64,000 bases of DNA from positions 19,580,767 to 19,644,766 of the forward strand of contig OZ037766.1 in NCBI GenBank assembly GCA_964035545.1, read 5' to 3'. Positions 34,586-47,576 of the stretch are shown piece after piece. Each line of letters starts with the position of its first letter. Positions within the stretch are counted from its first letter, which is position 1. The notes below the pieces were generated by a model that did no database searches, was not told the DNA's origin, and worked only from the letters and a program-made list of their open reading frames with translations. Both the position numbers and the translations under genes were made by a program. The stretch is from Bugula neritina. Lineage: Eukaryota > Animalia > Bryozoa.

Positions 34586-35798
34586 TTACTTTTGTAAGTG
34601 CATACACTCTAAAAATAAATACAAAGGTTGTTACATGATGCAGCATCAAAACTCTAAGATTATACGAGCGAAACCAGTGTAACATATCAACCTTTTAAAA
34701 TAAAGGGATTCTTTATTAACACGTGTAAGCTTACCCAAAATCACCAATAAAGCGAGTTTTTAAAGTATTCAACATTTTATGATCATTTACTTTGTTTTCT
34801 ACATAATGGAGTAAATATGGCTTACAGAAGCATTTTTTTTTCTAAAAAGTTGTTCAAATTTTAGACTCTTTCACTCTCCTCTTATGTTAAATTCAGTATT
34901 ATTAGTTTCAGTAATGACCAAATAGTGATGTTAAAGTAATTAAATGTTGCATGGCAAGCTGAGATGGTGAAAACTCAAAGTGTTCAAAACAATAAGGAGT
35001 TGCATGACAGTGCTTAATATATTTTGTTTTGGTTATTGCTTTTATAAGGTATTCACAACTATGAAATTTGACACAATGCTGGTGTACAACACCCTGAGCT
35101 AGTATGGTCTCGTTCTTTGTAACGAAGAGGCCATAACTGCTGCTACTATGTTTTTACTGTAATCAACTGATGACACACGCCGGCTATTGAAGTCACCTAT
35201 AAATAAGTCTAAGACCAGCACTAGTACCTCCTGTACACATCCAAGCTGACAATGCAGATGCAATGAATCGTGACCATCTACGTAATGCGATCAAACTTGA
35301 GTAGTAAAATCATAGCTACATGATATTAAATGGAACTTTTCACTATTACTACTGAAGTCATTCGTAACCGGGAGCTTCAACGGAGTTCAAGTCACTACGA
35401 GTATAACTTAGAATACTAGTTCAATAGGTAAAGTAACAACCCTATTCAAATCTATATCAAAGAAGCTTTAGCTTAACCAACAGTCTACTCATTAAATTTC
35501 CTATTCTTATTCAACAATTAAACAATCGACATGAATGGGTTAAACGGTTAGTTATGTTCACCATAGACTAAGACTCAGAGTTAATTCAGAACAATGGCTA
35601 TATTATTATTATGTTATTAGTTATACATTTCTACTCCAAGCTCAAGCAATAATAAAAGCTTGTCCATATAAATCATACTGATGTCACTTTGACTGTGTTA
35701 ATTTGCGACTCTGGACATGTGTTAGAATGGGTAGACTACACAACTACGAAGTCACACGACTATCATTTCTACCTCAGTTGAGAGTTGTATGCAATACA

Positions 35799-35811
35799 GA
35801 ATCTTAGCAAC
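35799..35811 (-). promoter_or_regulatory. Candidate RFX X-box upstream of CDKL2
   Basis: GTTGCTAAGATTC on the minus strand (one good GTTGCT half-site), ~25 nt upstream of a possible donor GAG|GTAGAA at ~35772. Confidence 0.3.
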
Positions 35812-38196
35812 CAAAAATGTTGTTGTAAATACAAAACAATGTTAGGCTTGAGCATGTAAACGAAGTGCACCCTAGGGAATTTTTATTCAAGAACTAGAAG
35901 CACATTTATTGAGTAAGCCATTCTAGTAGTAGTACTACACTAATTATTTCTACTATTACTAAATTAGTGTGCAGTTTATTGTTGCTTTAGTTAGATTTTG
36001 GCGCATTTTACAGAACTTGTTTGATTTTTGGTTATATCAGCTCAAAATCAACTCAAACCAGACCTTAAGATTTACTGATGTAATTGCAGCGCCACACTTA
36101 CTGTTTGTAGAAACACTTGCTGCAGCTGCATGATTACTTTAAATGCTCAGACAGAGTGTTGAAATAGAATCTAAGCTTATTTTTATATATCTGTTTAGTC
36201 TAAAAGTATGGATGGAACTTGTAAAGTCTAACTTTACACTCACTAATTAGGCACATCATAATTTCTTATTGAAGTTAATGCAAAACAGTTTCCACCTTAT
36301 ATAACACAGTATATAACATGATGTAGACTATATCATACCTGCGCTGCATAGGTTTAAGCTATGCTAGGTTAGACTGATTTGCACTAATATCAGTTTATTT
36401 ACACTACGCTAGAAAGATTAGTGCTATAAACTGGACGTGCTACACTCAGTATTCCTAGCGAAATTACAAGGTTTGTGTAAAGTAGATGGCTTTGATTAAA
36501 TTTTCAGTGCTGCAATTGCAGAACTTTGTTAGAATACCAAAAGTATTATTAGTTATTTTCTTTTATTTAACGAATAGAAATCATATTCTAACCAAATTGA
36601 TAGCTTTCCATTACCAACTAGATTTCAAATCTGAGAAAATGCTGTATTTATAAGCTGCATGGAAAAGGCTGAGCATCTATCTGCATGGAAAATGCATTGC
36701 CTTGACCTTTACCAGCATTAAGCTGTCATTTTTGGAAGCTACGGGCAGTCTCCAAGGCTAATTATCAGTAGCTTGTTACTAAAGCATTCTGCACCCATCT
36801 TATTCTGCTAACCTATTCCTTTCAACACACAGTATACTCAGTGAGATAGGTTCTTGTCAGAACTATACTCTCTATTAGGCAATTACTTGGTTTTGGAAAA
36901 TCTCTCAAAACATCAGTTGCAGTTTAATGAGTGAGATGTGTCATTCTAGACTTGTTTAGAATCTCTACCACATTTTGCGTCTCAAACTTAAAATGAAGAA
37001 ATTCCTGATTTGGAATGACATTCCCTCAATAAATGTTAAAGAATTAGCTCTTAAGTAAATAAAACACTGCTGCTCTAATGCTATGTAAACTAATGACAGA
37101 CAGGTTTCATCCATTTGATTACGTTCCAATTAGCACCAGCAGTTATAAGCAATTAATTTATTTTTACTATATTAATTGCCACTCAGTCAACTTTTGGACA
37201 ATAGTGTCATGCAACTCTGCTAGTTGTAATGTTACAGGCTTTAATTTCTATTCGAAGCTTACAGATCACTATTTTGGGTGTTGTGGTATTTACTTACACA
37301 GAAACTGACAATCCCAAATGCATGCAGTGTCATGAGATTTTTCAACTCCATAATAATTTATACAGGCGCAATTTTATGTCAGCTCCTGGTAGCAGCAACT
37401 ATTAATACTAGTTTAATGTCCTATAGTTCATATGCATTTGGAATATTGCCATGTTAACCAAACTATATTTTACAGCATATTTACATGGATTGGCAAACAC
37501 ACTTTTAATTAAGCTAGAAATAGCTGGAAAACATGGTATGTTAAAAGCTCCTTTTTTACCTGACTTACAAAAGCTGAAGCTGTTCACAGAAGTGCTGTAA
37601 ATATCTTTTGAGTTTTACTCCGTCTGTAAATTATAACCAGGCAAGATTTATAATCCACAGAAGAGATCTGCTAGGAGAGCAAGGTGCTTATAGTTGCCAA
37701 GTAGTTTAGTACACCATGTTAGTACTGCTGCTTGTTCTATATAAATTGGTGAAAGGGATTTGCATACTGTTGCTATCAAATATGTTATTGTACACTCAAC
37801 AATAAGCTCCTGCTTTAGGGGGGTGGAGCTTCAATGCAATTCAATATTTACAATAGAAGGAAACAAAAGCTAGAACAGAAAATGTGTATGCAGTAAGATT
37901 TTATTGAGATTTTTGCTTCTATCTGAAGCTTACCTGCTGGTTATGCTATAGTCAATGAGCTAAAAACTTGGCTTTTAGAATAACTCAGTAAAAGTTTAGC
38001 AGAATATGTATGCATAAACTGAAAGCAAATTCCATTTATTAATCTTCCCTACTAGTTAGGCTATATGATGACAGTTGTACTGATCACAACCATTAGGGCT
38101 GTGCCCAGATTCATGCTGAGGCTAAAGTGATGTCACTTTCTTACTGTGGAGCTTCACTCCATACTTACTGCTATAATATTTATTGTTTTGCCTTAA

Positions 38197-38964
38197 AGGA
38201 TTGCTCTATCTTAGTTTATTACAATCACATTATAATTATGAACTATAATCTAACGTGTATGCAAACAATTGTGACTTTGCAAAGGGATATATGCCTAGAA
38301 AACAGCTTTTCAAAATTCCAATTTTGAGGGAGGTAAAATTTTCAGCCATGAAAAAGAATAGCCTAATACGTGACGTGTGAACGCCAGTAACTATGCTGCA
38401 CGTGCTAACTATAACGCTAGTATTCAAGGTTGCTGAGCGCAACATCAACCAATAACGCTCAAGCAGTTACAGTGCGCTATATAGGTCAGCTTTGGTGCGC
38501 CCGTAATATTGCACAATCTGACCTAGTTTAGATCGATCGCAGGCATTCATCCTAAAGAATGCATGTTTTTGCAATGCTTTTTTCTATGTTTACAAGCAAA
38601 ATATGGCCTAATGTTATCACATACATGTTATTTAACATGTCAAAAAACTATAGATTGAGATAATTCACATTTGCACTTCTATAAATATACAAATTACGAG
38701 CTGAAAGATCACATCTCACAGTCATATTTCTATAGTTATTCATTTGTATAGTCACGTGACCAGCAGGAATGCTGGCGCTGTTACGTCACATTTCCCAGCT
38801 CATTTCAAAATCGGCGTTTTGGCTGTTACCAATCTACACCCTCAACTTCAACTAACTTTTTCTACCTTTGGTCAAATGCTTTTTGTCAATGCATGCTTAG
38901 AAAAACACAATATTATGTGTGTTTGACCTAAATGGCCGTTTATTAGACAAGATAGAGCAATCCT
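38197..38964. mobile_element. Non-autonomous DNA transposon (Kolobok-type MITE)
   Basis: Perfect 16-bp TIRs AGGATTGCTCTATCTT / AAGATAGAGCAATCCT flanked by TTAA at 38193-38196 and 38965-38968; no transposase ORF. Confidence 0.85.
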
Positions 38965-38999
38965 TTAACTTAGGCTGGTTCAATATCCTGCCACCTACT

Positions 39000-39240
39000 A
39001 GTTCCACTAGGTAGGGATGGGTAAGACTTTTCTCAAGATGTGAGCTGATCCTAGCAGAGCTGTTTTTGCATGATTACAGCATCGCCATCTGTTCTACAGT
39101 ACTCTATGTTGCCCCAACAGCTCTAATTACTATGAAGTTAAAGTTGTCGAAGTTTTGATCATTCTTGATCTTTTTGTTCCATTTTTTTAACCCTAACATC
39201 TCTCAGTCCTGATATGTCAATGGTGTTGTGCAGGTGTTTT
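39000..39240 (-). mobile_element. 3' remnant of a restriction-like-endonuclease (R4/Dong-like) non-LTR element
   Basis: Frameshifted IVIRAVGAT...MQK/TALLGSAHILRKVL resembles the C-terminal VIGALG...QKxALLGTARILRxVL pattern of RLE elements. Confidence 0.6.
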
Positions 39241-39972
39241 CAATAGAGGCATATTTCCTGCTATTAAAAGTCATATAAATTAAAATGTGTAAATTCATCG
39301 TACTAAATACTACACATAATATAATCATATGAGCCTGCGACTCTCTATTTGTATTATCTTCCTGGTTTAAACAGCCTTCATATTTATATTGTATTTTATT
39401 TTATTGTTACGTGAAGCACTTATATTTAAGATGTAAGTTCTAGATAACTGATATCTGTGTTAAGATCCTGAGTAAGTACGAGAGTTCTAGGTGGGTAAAT
39501 GGCGCCCAGAAAATCTAATCCTACCAGCAATTATATAGTTACAGTAGGATTGCTGAAAGATTGCTGACAGATGTTTTTCTGAAAATTTATCAGTTATATA
39601 AAACACATTTCTATAAATACAATAATAATAACTCAATCAACCAATCAATCAATAAAGTGAAAATCAATAACGTGATCAATCAATTATTATTTTACTAAAT
39701 AATATTACACAATAATTTGATTACATTTGATAGGTTTATTGACTGATATATTGATTTAATTGCCCTATCAATATTTTCGAACAATCTATTAAAAGTGATT
39801 GATTGATTTTATTTCTATCACTAACATGATATATGTTGTGAAAAAAAGGTGTTAAATACCGATGCCCATGATATTAAAAATGATAACAGTGTAACATACA
39901 TGGCTTAAAAATAGGAGTAAAAAATCTCTGAGGCTGGAAGTTCAATTAACAAAAATTATTATACAGGTTTAT

Positions 39973-40420
39973 TTAGCTTGAGTGCTGCCTGGCGTATAAA
40001 ATAATCTCTGCCCCAAGTGCTTCTGTATTTAATATTAATCCGTGCAGTTCATCTAGCTTGTAGCGTACAGATTGTGCATTGGTCAGTATGATGGCTGGCA
40101 GGGGAACTCTTGAGTTTTTAACTTGATGTTTCACACGAACCCCGGCTCGTTTTCCTCTTTTTCTTGCTCTAAGTATTCCAGGGTCAACATTTTTAACTAG
40201 AGTTTTGAATTGTCTATTCCATATATCCTTCAGATAGTCTCTGTTAATAGAGTTTTTAACTTCCAGCAGAGAATTAACGTCCATGTATGCTAGACTCGTC
40301 ACACCTCTTGGTTGGTACATGAGGGTGAATATGAGTAGTACCAGTAATAACAAAGGCTGCAATAGCTAAATATCTATGAGTAGCACCAGTAATAACAAAG
40401 GCTGCAATAGCTGCGCCATT
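39973..40420 (-). mobile_element. 5' fragment of a Rex1/Babar-like LINE
   Basis: RKRGKRAGVRVK...RVPLPAIILTNAQSVRYKLDEL is the start of a Rex1/Babar-type AP endonuclease ORF. A 37-bp direct duplication lies at 40331-40367 and 40376-40412. Confidence 0.7.
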
Positions 40421-41113
40421 ATGTTAGCAGAGTTGTGATGTCATATAATTAGGATTATAGAGAGCTATTGAAAACACAACCTCTCTCTATGAGACTCAAC
40501 TGCCAATATATTTATTACTATATCCACTTTTAATTTTGGGATGTAGGCTAAAGAGAGTGATGGTCATAGAAAATCCGTGTAGTTTAATTCTTAGGTTCTT
40601 ATATGTTCTGGGGGCAGCATTGCAATGCCTTTCTAATTAAAGCTTCCTACTCATGGAATTCACTGTGAAGTGCTCACACCCCCTTTCTGGCAGCTCTCTC
40701 ACCTATGAAATGAACTCTCATGAATATATTATATCTACAAGATATACATGCATCACTTGAAGCATAATGATGTTGTCTATAAATTTATAGCACAGCTGTT
40801 GCGCGTTGTTTTAAAATTTATTAGGAAAAAGCTATGACGTGCACAAACAAATATAATATTGAGTAACATAGCATTGATAGTTTCTGCAATATTATATATG
40901 CCATTTGTTTCTTCATCAGGAAAGTTATTAGGTTTAAATTTGCTTAAAATCGTTTAAGCTAATAGATTGACATCTTCATTTTATTTTTATACTCTAGCAG
41001 TCTAGCTGCTAGCATCTTTCATACTGACAACAGAGTATTTTGATTGGTTCAGGCTAGCAAAATAAAACTCTCAGACTGTGAAATTGAAAATACAATTTAT
41101 AAAAATGATATAA

Positions 41114-41230
41114 GGCAGCAGTGGTTAGAGCACCAGCCTAGTGTGCATGGGGCCAGTGGTTCCATTCACAGTAATGGCCATTGGTGATGTTAGGAAGAGT
41201 TTTCAGTCATAATGGCTCCTTTGCCAGTTT
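41114..41230 (+). mobile_element. tRNA-like SINE copy
   Basis: A-box-like GCAGTGGTTAGAGCA, then GGTGATGTTAGGAAGAG..CAGTCATAAT, which is shared in reverse with 44306-44430 and 48474-48655. Confidence 0.55.
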
Positions 41231-41746
41231 TATATTAAATGATAGATGTTAGCTCTGTAGGAATGTGTACATATTGACTCAACCAGAGTGACATGTAAAA
41301 GCATGTGTTTAGTATCCAAACATAGTAGGTGAATTCTGATTTTGGGGGATAACTCTATAATATTGCGCTGTAGTCAGAAAGTGTCAATTTTTATTGGTTT
41401 TCTATATAATCAATTTTAATGCAGTTTAATGTAACTCACTAATGACTAAAAGGTCAGCAATAATTCACCCTAAAGATTTTTTTTCACAAAATTTGTGTCA
41501 ATTTTGTTCAATGTGCTTGCTAGTTCAAGTTATACATTGTTAGTATTTAATCCGTATATTACAGAATTTAGATATCTGGTTTTAGCATGTTGTTTACCAT
41601 GATGCTGCTTGTGTTAAAGCTACAAATGAATGTCAACACAAGCAACTGAAACCATCTTCCACCTGCTCTATGTATAGATTCTAGACCAGGGAATGCTTTT
41701 GGTTAAGAATTAAACATTAATTATTTCCTTGCAGACAAACACTGAG

Positions 41747-44700
41747 ATGAAGCTGCCATTACTGCTGATGCTGCTACTGTACCCTTGCCCGCTAAGTGCT
41801 GTTGCATCAGACTTAACATCTCAGACATGGCTAGACTGGCTGACAGTTAAGGTGACCAGACTCGCACAGTATGGGGAGTGTATTCTAAGTTATTCATGTA
41901 ACAGGACGCAAGAGTTGGAGGACTCCTACGTTTACATGACAGACATGCTGAATGTCACCGGCATTGCTCCTCCTCTCTCACTGTTACAGAGTAAGTTTTG
42001 TAGAGAGTAGATTCATTACCAGACTCATTTATAACGAACAGTTTTATGGAAGACGCGATACACAACGTACTGAAAGTATTAGCTCTCATTTGTTGGTAAT
42101 AATAACATAAACTTGTAGAATTGAATATAGCTGGTAGCAAACAGGTAGTCCAGGGAATAACAGCATCTTCTAGCATGACACATTGAGTTACTCTGCTGGT
42201 TTAAATCTCATAAAGACCCTCAAGCTTTAGGAAGGACATCCAATTGACCTTTCTCTTGCTTTACCTGCAACCTCTTGAGTTCTTAATTCTCAAAGAGTTG
42301 GTGAAAGAAATAACAAATCATTCTTTTAAATAACAATTATATTAATCACTTTTAGCCATATATTACAGTATTTGATGAGTGTAAAAAGAAATGTTATAAT
42401 AATACTGTAGTGTTATAAAACTATTAAAAAAACACACATCAGAATTTGTTTCATATGCTTTATAGGCAGAGAGAAAAATTGTGATTGTGATGCTAGTAAG
42501 TGTGGACGATACCAGACGTGCTGCAGAGATGTGATCCCCAACTCTCCTGCCCCAGAATTCCTTGTCTCCACTTCCTGTGTATCTCAATATAGCTCACTGG
42601 CTTTCCCTTTCTATGCTAACATAGAGTGCCCACCTGACTTCACCAATTCTGACATTCGGATGTTGTGTGAAACACCCATAGATCAGTCGACCTCAAAACC
42701 AGGTGCCAATATTGCTACCAGTTGTACCATAACACCACAGTTTATGTCAAGTGTTGTAGTTTGTACAAAAAGTTGATCATTTCAAAACAATAAGAAAGGA
42801 CAACTCCAAAGTATATCAAACTTGCAAACTTATTATGATCAGCAGGACCACAGATGCTGACTAGGCAAGCCAGTTTTTTTATATTATCATTACAGCTGCA
42901 AAGTTCATTTGATGTGTTGATGTAATCAGTATTATTACTATAGTATTACCTTATGCGACTATTTGACAACCTAACTTCTACCTCTAGAAAAAGTGTTGTG
43001 AGGTGTGGTTTAAGCAATCTGTCAAATAATGCAGTCACTGGCTGTAGTGTTACCTTACATAGCTCATCGATTTCACATCTACTCTAAAACCTTTTTAAAG
43101 TTTCGTTTATACATTTCACGATTTTCAGTCAGAAATTTAATTTGGCCCAGTTGAAATTTCTCTAAGTTGCATTGCATTGTAAAAGCCACTCGTCAAAATT
43201 TTTGTACTGTGATAACTTAATCGGCTGAGTTCAAAATAATACTCAAAAGGAATAATAACTTCTTGTAAATTTCATTATTTAATAATCGCTTTTATGCTGT
43301 CAGCTTTACTAATTCACAACGTTTTTAAAGGGCATCAAATAACGTTTAGGCGCGTCAGATTTCGTTTTTAAAAAGTAAGCTTTCGCATCAATGTGATTTC
43401 ACCGAATTTCAGTTTGACTATAAAGAGGTACTCTGACGAATGTTATTAATTGAAACTTTTTGCAGCAGTGGTATAAATGCAACTTTACTTGAGGTGTCTA
43501 GATCATGTATTCCAATTGTAAATTTGTAGATTTAGAGTTTTGGTTTGTCTCTTCAAAGACAACCAAGTACACTTACCGGAATGTATACTGTGCCATATGT
43601 AACGGGGAGCTGATGGATGACCTGGTGTTTTGGGATGTAGACCTGCAATGTCCTTTATTAAATGACACTCTTGTGTCTTCTAATATGAGTCTCTCTACAA
43701 TTTACAGGTATTTATTATAATCAGTATCACTCAAAAACATAGGCATTTAAAGTGCTGTTGTAGTTTACAGACTACGACCAATGTGGGTTATGCTGTGTGT
43801 TTGCACTGTCATAACATTTCCTCTCTACGAGGTTATAAGAGAACCGAGTAGTGTTGAGATCAAACAAATATATATATTTACAATACTAATTACAAGAATT
43901 TACATCAATGTAAGAAAGTACACAATATAGAAAGTTACACAGTAGTTAGTTAGCTTTATAAGGCATCTAAGTATGCAATGTTATAATACTTCTACGACTA
44001 TAATACCCTTCGCATGTAAGTGTTTATGTGCCTAATGAAAGCATACATGTCTCACGCCCATTACAGTACTTCCTTGAGACATATTCTGTGTTTATATTTT
44101 TCACATATATATGTCTTTCTAAATTTTTCTTTCAAGACTATTTAATATTTGTGTGACAAAGACTCTTATAAAAGGGCCTTGTGGTTGTTTTATTAATTTT
44201 AGCCCTTCGTTTGCTTCTTATTTGTTTTTCACAGTTTCTCACAGTTTCTCATAGTAATCATGCTAATCCTTGCGGGTAACGGGATCAAAAACCTATAGTT
44301 ACTATTCCTGTGATAAATCTCTGATGGAAGGGGTTTTTAAGCAGCTAAGGACTTATTCATATGTGGCACAGGAAAAATTATGACTGGGTGCTCTTCCTAA
44401 CATCACTAATTGCCTAGGCCACGGCTTTTCCTGTTTACTTATTTTCCTATATTATATATATTTGTATGTGTATAGGATATAATTTATATTTGATATATTA
44501 AATGCTACCCATAATAAAACATCGCTGCATACACAAAAATAGCTGTTCTACAATTTTTTGTAGCTCATGTTTGGTGTTGTTTTCTAATGACATGTACAAT
44601 GATGAATGCTCACCAGCAAATGTTATCAAAACATGTTCTCCTTCATATAACAACTCAGATGTGAGAGACAAGTGTGAGAAAGGTAGCTTTGCAGTGATTG

Positions 44701-47576
44701 TGCACTCTGGATTTCCTTCTGTGTTGTATAAAAACATTGACTGTGCTTTTTGCAATGGCGTAGGAGTGGATGAAGATCTGAATTGCATGACCCTGCCAGG
44801 TAAAGTAAAGTTTATACAAAAATTTTATATTACTACTTTATTCATTGTATTGTATGCTCACTATACTCATATGACTAGTTTATATGCTTTTTATAGCAAA
44901 TATATTTAATACTGGACATACTCTGATTAAGAACATAACTTTTGCTTTTTAAATTGTGATAGTTACACACAATTGAAAATGATCACAAAAAATATCACAA
45001 AACAGTATAAAAATCAGAATAGTCATGTATTTCTTATTCACAGTTATCTTTTAGTTATATCGTCTTGTAGGCCCTAGTGTGTATTATACTGTCAGAATTC
45101 TGGTGCAACCATTTGGGCAAGGATGTGCTAACTCGGACTCAACTGTGGCATCATGTGACGAACTCTCCACACAGTTTGGCAGCTGCAAGAATAATGAAAT
45201 ATTTAGTTGGACAACTCAAACCTGTGAATCTATTTGTCCCTCCCCACTCTATTCAAATAATGGCGATTGTGTTGCAGTTCAAATTGAGACGCAACCCACT
45301 TCTAATGTAACTAGTACTTCGCAATGTCTTGAGCTCAATTACGCAAAATACGTTGACCTCCTGGCCGGGCAACAGCCAACCAATAACAGTGTGTTTTTCT
45401 CAACCGATAGCATCGAGTTATTGAGTAACGGAACAAGCTATTGTACTTTCTGCAAATGGATAGAATATGACTTGGTTGATGTAGACATAGACATAGAGAC
45501 TAGTAGTGTAACTGTACCAAATGGTAATGAATATGTCTATGGGTTATATATTAGCAACAACAACTCCAAAGTTCTAACATGTGAAAATCCATTTATAACG
45601 GATGAAGCTGTGCCAAGCGGGATATTAGGTGACATATGCATCAGGGTAGACGAAGAAGCTGTATCCATTGCATTGCTTTCAATATCTATATTCTGCCTAA
45701 TCATAATGGTCATTATGTACAGCATCCTACCAATTCTACACAACGTTCCTGGATATATTGTTCTTAGTCAGGTAGGAGATAAAGCTTGTTATGCTTTTAC
45801 TGTCCTAATTTTTCATTTGTATTTTGCATTCAGCATAACTACAAAACTACAATATTATGTTTTTTTATAGGTTGTGCCACTACTTCTTGGTTACATATTC
45901 TTTCTCTTGCGAGGAGCTGTATCCCAAAGTCCAGCAGGATGTTACATCACAGCCGTTATTGTTCACTATACATTTCTTAGTAGCTACATTTGGTCGTTTC
46001 TGTTTGCCATAGAGATTACAATTACAATAACATCAGTACATGCTGTCAATCAGAAGTCAAAAATGAAGTTCATCAGGTAAACAGTAACTGTAAAGTTATA
46101 TATTTGAATAAAGCTTATCCCCTCATTCACACTTACCGTATCGTAAGCCGTAACAGCAAAAATAAAATGGCGACGCTGTTGCATTTTGTCAACGGGTGTT
46201 CACACATTGCCGTAAAAGTACAATGCATGACGTTGAGCTGTGACCAATCATAATAAAGCCAACTCTTGTCTGCGGTGATTTGAACGCCTTTGAATATTAT
46301 TTACAAATTATTCGCAACATTCTTATCAAAAGATGTTATATAAATGCTATTTACTAAATAAAAGCAATTACATGAAAAGAATCTTTTTTTAAATCTATTC
46401 GTTTTTAAAATAATTGCGCAAACTAATTTAAATAATGAATATTTAAGCCGTCCAAATCATTTTTTAAGTTTTTGGTTTGCTTGATTTTGTGATTAGGGAA
46501 AGCTAGATTTTTAAGCTGAGTTCAATTCAAACAAGCTGGATAAAGATTTTTTAATCTTTTAAAACTTTTGAATTGGTTAAATTAAATCAAAAATAAGCAA
46601 TTAAAATAAACTAGCGAATATGTTCTTTAAATTTTCGTACCAGATCAACTCTACCCAATAGGAGCCCGCCGTGATTTTTTGAATCAAGCACTGCTTGATC
46701 GACGCCGTAGCGTATACCGGGGTACGATTCAGCCCGGATGTTAACAAAAATGGCTGGAATTTGCTGTTACGGCGTACGGTACGGTAAGTGTGAATAGGGG
46801 GTATATCAGTCAGACACTTGAAACTCTAGCTGTTAAAGCTTTACCTCTAACTCTGACCCTAGTTGTTCATCACTTGAATTGATAAAACTTAGTTTGTGTG
46901 AAATGCATGGTGATAGAATAACTATTTCATTGTGTTGTTCATGGAGTTATTAAATAGTTTACAACAAAAAGAAAATGTATAATTTTCTTTTAGGTATTCT
47001 ATAGTAGGATGGACTATTCCTTTGGTTCCTGTTACAACAGCTCTAATTATTGACAATGTGACCACTATGTCGGAGTTTTCTCCCCACTATGGTCAACCTC
47101 AATGTTGGTTTAACTCCGACTATGGACTATATTTTTATTTTCTCATACCTATTGCAATAATATTATTACTTAACTTTGTAACCTACATTATTATTATAAT
47201 CAGATTTGCCATTTTAGCATATCAAACTCGAAGAGCTAAACCAGCTCACAAAGAAAAGCTGATCATCAGTGTTAAACTTTTTTTTGCTTTTGGACTGTTG
47301 TGGATATTTGGAATTTTGTCTGCAGTATTTCCAAATAATCCAGCAATTAGCTGCATCTTTATCTTTGTAAACACCCTCTCTGGTGTGCTATTGATGTTGG
47401 TTTTTATATGCAATCGCTCGGTCCTTAATAGTTTTCGAACACAGGTGACCAGCCTGACTAGCCAATCTGATGTTTTTTCAACAAAACCAAACAATCGACT
47501 GGAACCAAAAGTTGCCACAAGCAGTGATAATAGAAATTTAGACACTCAAGAACCTTTAAACAGCTCTCAACTTTAA
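41747..47576 (+). CDS. Class B (secretin/adhesion/Methuselah-like) GPCR with Cys-rich ectodomain, ~794 aa, 7 coding exons
   Basis: Exons 41747-41990, 42466-42702, 43530-43707, 44564-44799, 45071-45771, 45871-46076, 46994-47576 sum to 2385 nt (795 codons). Signal peptide MKLPLLLMLLLY; 7TM motifs LHNVPG, C...AVIVHYTFLSSYIW, YSIVGWTIP, PHYGQPQCWF, KLFFAFGLLWIFG, NTLSGV. Confidence 0.88.
44306..44430 (-). mobile_element. SINE copy in GPCR intron
   Basis: AGCTAAGGACTTATTCATATGTGGCACAG..ATTATGACTGGGTGCTCTTCCTAACATCAC aligns by eye with the copy at 48474-48655. Confidence 0.55.
46118..46801. mobile_element. MITE with ~43-bp TIRs, TA-flanked, in the last GPCR intron
   Basis: Left end CCCCTCATTCACACTTACCGTATCGTAAGCCGTAACAGCAAA is nearly the reverse complement of right end TTTGCTGTTACGGCGTACGGTACGGTAAGTGTGAATAGGGGG; TA on both sides. 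Confidence 0.85.

Noticed and set aside
43425-43470. CTGACGA...GAAAC as another hammerhead
   Set aside because: No stem II pairing and no suitable stem III or cleavage triplet.
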